This document shows, piece after piece, positions 60,079 to 64,000 of a stretch of 64,000 bases of DNA (position 1 is the stretch's first letter; every line of letters begins with the position of its first letter). A model generated the notes under the pieces. It had not been told where the DNA came from. It saw only the letters and a list, made by a program, of their open reading frames with translations, and did no database searches. Made by a program: the position numbers and the translations under genes. The stretch spans positions 448,001 to 512,000 of the forward strand of contig CAXXOU010000003.1 of NCBI GenBank assembly GCA_963677495.2. Direction: 5' to 3'. This stretch comes from Candidatus Cloacimonadales bacterium (lineage in GTDB: Bacteria; Cloacimonadota; Cloacimonadia; Cloacimonadales; JAFGVF01).

Positions 60079-60344
60079 AATTTGAATCTTTATGATAAAC
60101 ATAGAATGAGTTGAGGGCATATCTTGAGATCAAGATTAATCAATAACGGAACACCATCACACTCACCCCTGAGTTTATTCTAATTACAATCAGACAATAA
60201 AGGTGTCAAGATAATTGTTAAGATGAAACTACTGCTAAAACAGTATATCTAACAGGTTCTAATACTCTTACACTATTTTTTGTCTGTATCGAGTTTATCA
60301 ATAATTAACGTTATCTTTATAATCAGGTCTTAGATTAATCTACC

Positions 60345-61070
60345 TTAACTCTCTGTCTTAATATTATTTATCGCTTTATCAAGATCCTCTTCTGTATCAA
60401 TCCCAATTCCTTGATAATCTGTCTGAACCATTCGGATAGAATACCCATTCTCAAGCAATCTTAACTGTTCTAGCTTTTCAACTTGTTCTAAATCTGATTG
60501 AGGTAACTCTACAAACTTAGCAAGTATCTCTTTTTGAAAGGCATATACGCCAATATGTCGATAAAAATCAAACTTATTCTCATCACGTGCATATGGCAGC
60601 GGAGAACGACTAAAATACATGGCATCACCAAGTGTATCACATACTACTTTTACACAGTTAGGGTTGGAATAATCACTCTCATTAATTATCTTGGTCATCA
60701 AAGAAGCTACCTTAACTTCACTATCATTGAAGGCTTCTAGAAGTTTTGCCAAAGTGTTTTTATCAATAAACGGTTCATCACCCTGCACATTCACAATCAC
60801 ATCGCAATCCATATCTTTCGATGCTTCATAAACCCTGTCTGTACCGCTTTGACAATCAGTTGACGTCATTCTACAATTACCGGCAAAAGATTCTACTTCA
60901 TTCATAATTCTTTGGTCATCTGTTGCAACTATTACTTCATCAAACAATCTAGTGTTATCTACAGCTTCATAGACTCGATGTATCATTGTCATACCACAAA
61001 TATCTTTTAAAGGTTTTCCCGGTAAACGAGTGGACTCATATCTCGCTGGAATTACGGCGATATATTTCAT
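60345..61070 (-). CDS. kdsB: 3-deoxy-manno-octulosonate cytidylyltransferase
   Basis: IPARYESTRLPGKPL, VATDD, SGTDR, VNVQGDEP, YFSRSPLP, RHIGVY, EKLEQLR. Confidence 0.96.
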   Translation of the reverse strand: MKYIAVIPARYESTRLPGKPLKDICGMTMIHRVYEAVDNTRLFDEVIVATDDQRIMNEVESFAGNCRMTSTDCQSGTDRVYEASKDMDCDVIVNVQGDEPFIDKNTLAKLLEAFNDSEVKVASLMTKIINESDYSNPNCVKVVCDTLGDAMYFSRSPLPYARDENKFDFYRHIGVYAFQKEILAKFVELPQSDLEQVEKLEQLRLLENGYSIRMVQTDYQGIGIDTEEDLDKAINNIKTES

Positions 61071-61076
61071 TTTTCC

Positions 61077-62912
61077 TCACTTAAGATGCTTATTCTTCTT
61101 CAAATAGATCATCAATGCAGAAACATCGGTGAAGTTAACACCTGATATTCGCATAACTTGCCCCATATTCCTTGGTTGTATCTTCATCATCTTTTCTCTA
61201 GCCTCATATGAGATTGATTGGATTTGCATAAAATCAAGGTTCTCAGGTATATCCATATTCTCCATCTTCGAGAACTTATTTATATCAGCTAACTGTCTTT
61301 TCAAATAACCCTCATATTTACATTCAAGAGACAGCTTTCTAATCACTTCCTGTGTTACATCAGCAGGTTTTTTATAACCAAACCTCACCAAATCATCAAA
61401 GCTATAATTCGGTCGTTTCAGTATTTGATACAATTTCACCGGCTCAGCTAACTCATCAGACTTTAATGATTTTCTGTTCTTTAGAAACTCTAATTCTCTA
61501 TCCTTAACTTCCATCACTTTGCAGAATCTTTGCCAACGTATATCAGATACTAAACCCAAGTCATAACCTATCTTCATTAAACGCTCATCAGCATTGTCTT
61601 GCCTTAGAAACAATCTGTATTCTGCCCGTGATGTAAACAACCGATAAGGTTCTGTAGTCCCCTTAGTCACAAGGTCATCTAAAAGCACTCCAACATAAGA
61701 GTTAGCTCTATCAAAAATTAATGATTCTTTGCCATCCAAAGCCAACACTGCATTCACACCTGCCGAGAAACCTTGGGCTGCGGCCTCTTCATATCCGGAT
61801 GTCCCATTGATTTGACCTGCAAGATATAAACCCTCAATCTTCTTTGTCTCCATTGTCACTTTTATCTCTGAAGGAACAACATAATCATACTCAATTGCAT
61901 ATCCATAACGCATGATGATTGATTTTTCTAACCCGGGAATCGTACGAATCATCTTTTGCTGTATATGTGGTGGTAAACTGTTTGATACACCATTTACATA
62001 TGCTTCAAAAGTGTTTATTCCCTCCGGTTCAATAAAAACATGATGGTGATCTTTACCTGTAAACTTAACAATCTTGTCCTCTATGGACGGACAGTATCTT
62101 GGGCCTGTACCTGAGATAAATCCTCCATATAATGATGAATACTTTAAATTATCTTCAATAACTTTATGAGTTTCAGGATTAGTCCAACTTAGATAACAAC
62201 TTACATCATTTCTTAATTTGATATCTCTATAATAAGAGAAACCTTCAGGGTTCTCATCACCGGGTTGTTCTTCTACTTTACTCAGATCAACTGAGCGCAT
62301 ATCAACTCTGGGAGGGGTACCGGTTTTAAATCTATCAACCTGGAATCCCTCTTTTACTAGCCAATCAGATAATCCGTCAGATGATGGCTCGCCCGAACGT
62401 CCTCCGGGAACGTTGATTGAACCTACATGAATCTTACCCTTAAGAAAAGTTCCGTTAGCCAGAATAACTTTAGGTGCGAAATAGTTTTCCCCAATAGAAG
62501 TTTTTACTCCACACACCTTTCTATTATCTAGAAGAACTTCAACTACATCTGATTCGATTAGATGCAGATTGTCCTGCTTTTCAAGTAGTTCTCGCATAAC
62601 TGTAGAATAGAGTTGTCTATCGTTCTGACTTCTTGGAGCCCAAACAGCAGGTCCCTTAGACCTGTTTAGCATTCTAAATTGTATTCCGGTTAAGTCAGCA
62701 ACATGCCCTATTGCCCCACCAAGTGCATCTAACTCTCTTGCTAAATGTCCTTTAGCCGGACCTCCAACTGTTGGGTTGCATGACATTCTGCCAATTGATT
62801 CCATTTTGAGTACAAAACAAGCAGTGTTTGCACCCATTTTTGCACTTGCAAGAGCTGCTTCGCATCCTGCATGCCCTGCCCCAACAACTATTACATCAAA
62901 TTTATTACTCAT
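61077..62912 (-). CDS. mnmG: tRNA uridine-5-carboxymethylaminomethyl(34) synthesis enzyme MnmG (GidA)
   Basis: VVGAGHAGCEAA, MSCNP, SKGPAVW, FKTGTPPR, GPRYCPSIEDK, AGQINGTSGYEEAAAQG, EPYRLFTSRAEYRL (ORF extends to 62930). Confidence 0.97.
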   Translation of the reverse strand: MSNKFDVIVVGAGHAGCEAALASAKMGANTACFVLKMESIGRMSCNPTVGGPAKGHLARELDALGGAIGHVADLTGIQFRMLNRSKGPAVWAPRSQNDRQLYSTVMRELLEKQDNLHLIESDVVEVLLDNRKVCGVKTSIGENYFAPKVILANGTFLKGKIHVGSINVPGGRSGEPSSDGLSDWLVKEGFQVDRFKTGTPPRVDMRSVDLSKVEEQPGDENPEGFSYYRDIKLRNDVSCYLSWTNPETHKVIEDNLKYSSLYGGFISGTGPRYCPSIEDKIVKFTGKDHHHVFIEPEGINTFEAYVNGVSNSLPPHIQQKMIRTIPGLEKSIIMRYGYAIEYDYVVPSEIKVTMETKKIEGLYLAGQINGTSGYEEAAAQGFSAGVNAVLALDGKESLIFDRANSYVGVLLDDLVTKGTTEPYRLFTSRAEYRLFLRQDNADERLMKIGYDLGLVSDIRWQRFCKVMEVKDRELEFLKNRKSLKSDELAEPVKLYQILKRPNYSFDDLVRFGYKKPADVTQEVIRKLSLECKYEGYLKRQLADINKFSKMENMDIPENLDFMQIQSISYEAREKMMKIQPRNMGQVMRISGVNFTDVSALMIYLKKNKHLK

Positions 62913-63028
62913 CAGTAAGTTATCCTTCATTAATCTATCTAATACCTATTTCTCTTTGAATCATTTATGTCAAGTTGTGAGTGATTTTCAAGTAATCAAT
63001 TTCAATCATATAAGTGGCTTGTCTGTAT

Positions 63029-63170
63029 CATTGCTCTGCCTTAATTCTTATGAGACACCTATTGAATACCCGTTAGCTTCCCGTTGGATCCCCGTTACAG
63101 GAGATAGGATTCTGTTAAGCACGAGACAGGTTAGAAATATGTCTTCAATCGTTATTGTAGCAGAGCAATG
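63029..63170 (+). repeat. Dispersed MITE-like element, copy 2, with perfect 11-bp terminal inverted repeats
   Basis: CATTGCTCTGC (63029-63039) and GCAGAGCAATG (63160-63170); 63032-63097 matches 15795-15860. Confidence 0.8.
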
Positions 63171-63203
63171 GAAATGCAATCAAGGTGCTTTGATAATATA
63201 GAG

Positions 63204-64000
63204 TTACATCTCTTCAAAAAATGGATTCATTTGATCTACTTCCTCATTCTGAAGAATCTCGAAAACCTCTTCTGCGCTATTTGCTTCAATAATCTGGTTC
63301 TTTATCTGATGATTATGTCCAAAGATTCTGGAAATAGTAGCCAATGCTTTTAAGTGATACTTGTAGTGCTCTTTAGGAGTCGCAATTAGGATAATAATAT
63401 GGGCCGGTTTACCATCTAAAGATTCGAACTCTATACCTTTTCGAGATACCCCGATTACACCCTGAATAGTTGGACCACCCTCGATAATAGCATGTGGTAT
63501 CGCGATATTATTTCCAATACCTGTAGACATCTCACGTTCACGTTTCTTTACACCTTCTTTTAACTGATCAAGTGTAACTGAATTAATATCATGAGTTCTA
63601 TGCATTAGCTCTGTTAATCTATCAAGTGCTTCCCATTTATCAACATTATCAAGATCAAGTGTAATGTACTCCTCTTGCAGGAAATCCAGCAGACGAAGTC
63701 TATCCTTATTCACTTCTCCTGTTTTCTTCAACACCCATGACGTACAAACAGGACCAAGAAAATCAAATACAATAATTGCTGTAAGGGCTATAGAGTTTAT
63801 CTGCCTTGCATATTGATGAAAAGATGGTTCATACTGTGTTAGTGTAACTAAACCAAGTGCAAGAGCAGCCATTGGGAACAGTGCATAACCAATATTGTTT
63901 CTTACAGTTTGCGATGAACCGGCAAAAAAGGCTCCAAGTCTTGCACCGGTAAACTTACCAATTAACCTTACAACAATCAGGACAGCACCAATGAGTCCCG
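63204..64000 (-). CDS. Cation:proton antiporter (CPA2-like) fused to a C-terminal PTS EIIA domain; 5' end lies outside the window
   Basis: Frame is open to the window edge (IVVRLIGKFTGARLGA...RNNIGYALFPMAALALGL); C-terminal REREMSTGIGNNIAIPHA, FESLDGKPAHIIIL. Confidence 0.82.
   Translation of the reverse strand, partial: GLIGAVLIVVRLIGKFTGARLGAFFAGSSQTVRNNIGYALFPMAALALGLVTLTQYEPSFHQYARQINSIALTAIIVFDFLGPVCTSWVLKKTGEVNKDRLRLLDFLQEEYITLDLDNVDKWEALDRLTELMHRTHDINSVTLDQLKEGVKKREREMSTGIGNNIAIPHAIIEGGPTIQGVIGVSRKGIEFESLDGKPAHIIILIATPKEHYKYHLKALATISRIFGHNHQIKNQIIEANSAEEVFEILQNEEVDQMNPFFEEM

Noticed and set aside
60181..60209. Sigma70 promoter for the glycan operon (perfect TTGACA at 60204-60209, - strand)
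   Set aside because: No convincing -10 hexamer at 16-18 nt spacing, so it is not reported as a feature.
62931..63203. oriC next to mnmG (gidA)
   Set aside because: No consensus DnaA boxes seen; the space is mostly the 142-bp repeat element, and gene orientation does not switch here.
1..64000. tRNA, rRNA, tRNA-Sec, sel genes, transposases, integrases, prophage or defence systems
   Set aside because: None recognised by eye in this window; covariance-model and HMM searches would be needed to exclude small or divergent ones.

Overview
AT-rich bacterial chromosome segment, most genes on the - strand. Secreted proteins ending in a 'YPNPFNP...SGVYFY' sorting domain, together with KdsB and a FadL-type porin, suggest a Gram-negative FCB-group organism such as Cloacimonadota (inference only). 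Contents: (1) 1-12.4 kb housekeeping and repair genes (cobB, comM/yifB, rarA, guaD, and a DUF355-thpR-recA-recX-iaaA run); (2) several large secreted beta-helix proteins with a C-terminal sorting domain; (3) a sugar ABC transporter made of a binding-protein/permease fusion plus a permease carrying about 7 GH42-like repeats; (4) tsaE, an APC permease-PTS EIIA fusion, a phosphodiesterase and a FadL-type porin; (5) a ~31-kb, 26-gene surface polysaccharide operon (29.1-60.0 kb) rich in acyl/amide tailoring enzymes, preceded by a JUMPstart/ops-like leader; (6) kdsB, mnmG and a partial CPA2 antiporter-EIIA fusion. Best finding: ORFs 8013-8696 and 6615-7871 are one reading frame broken only by an in-frame TGA (C-D-Y-G-TGA), and a GC-rich bacterial SECIS-like hairpin starts 11 nt after that TGA. 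This is a candidate ~689-aa secreted selenoprotein of a family I do not recognise. The long intergenic regions hold GTAG-type REPs and a dispersed ~140-bp element with an 11-bp-period array. I recognised no rRNA, tRNA, CRISPR array or transposase. All calls come from reading motifs by eye; no database searches were run.
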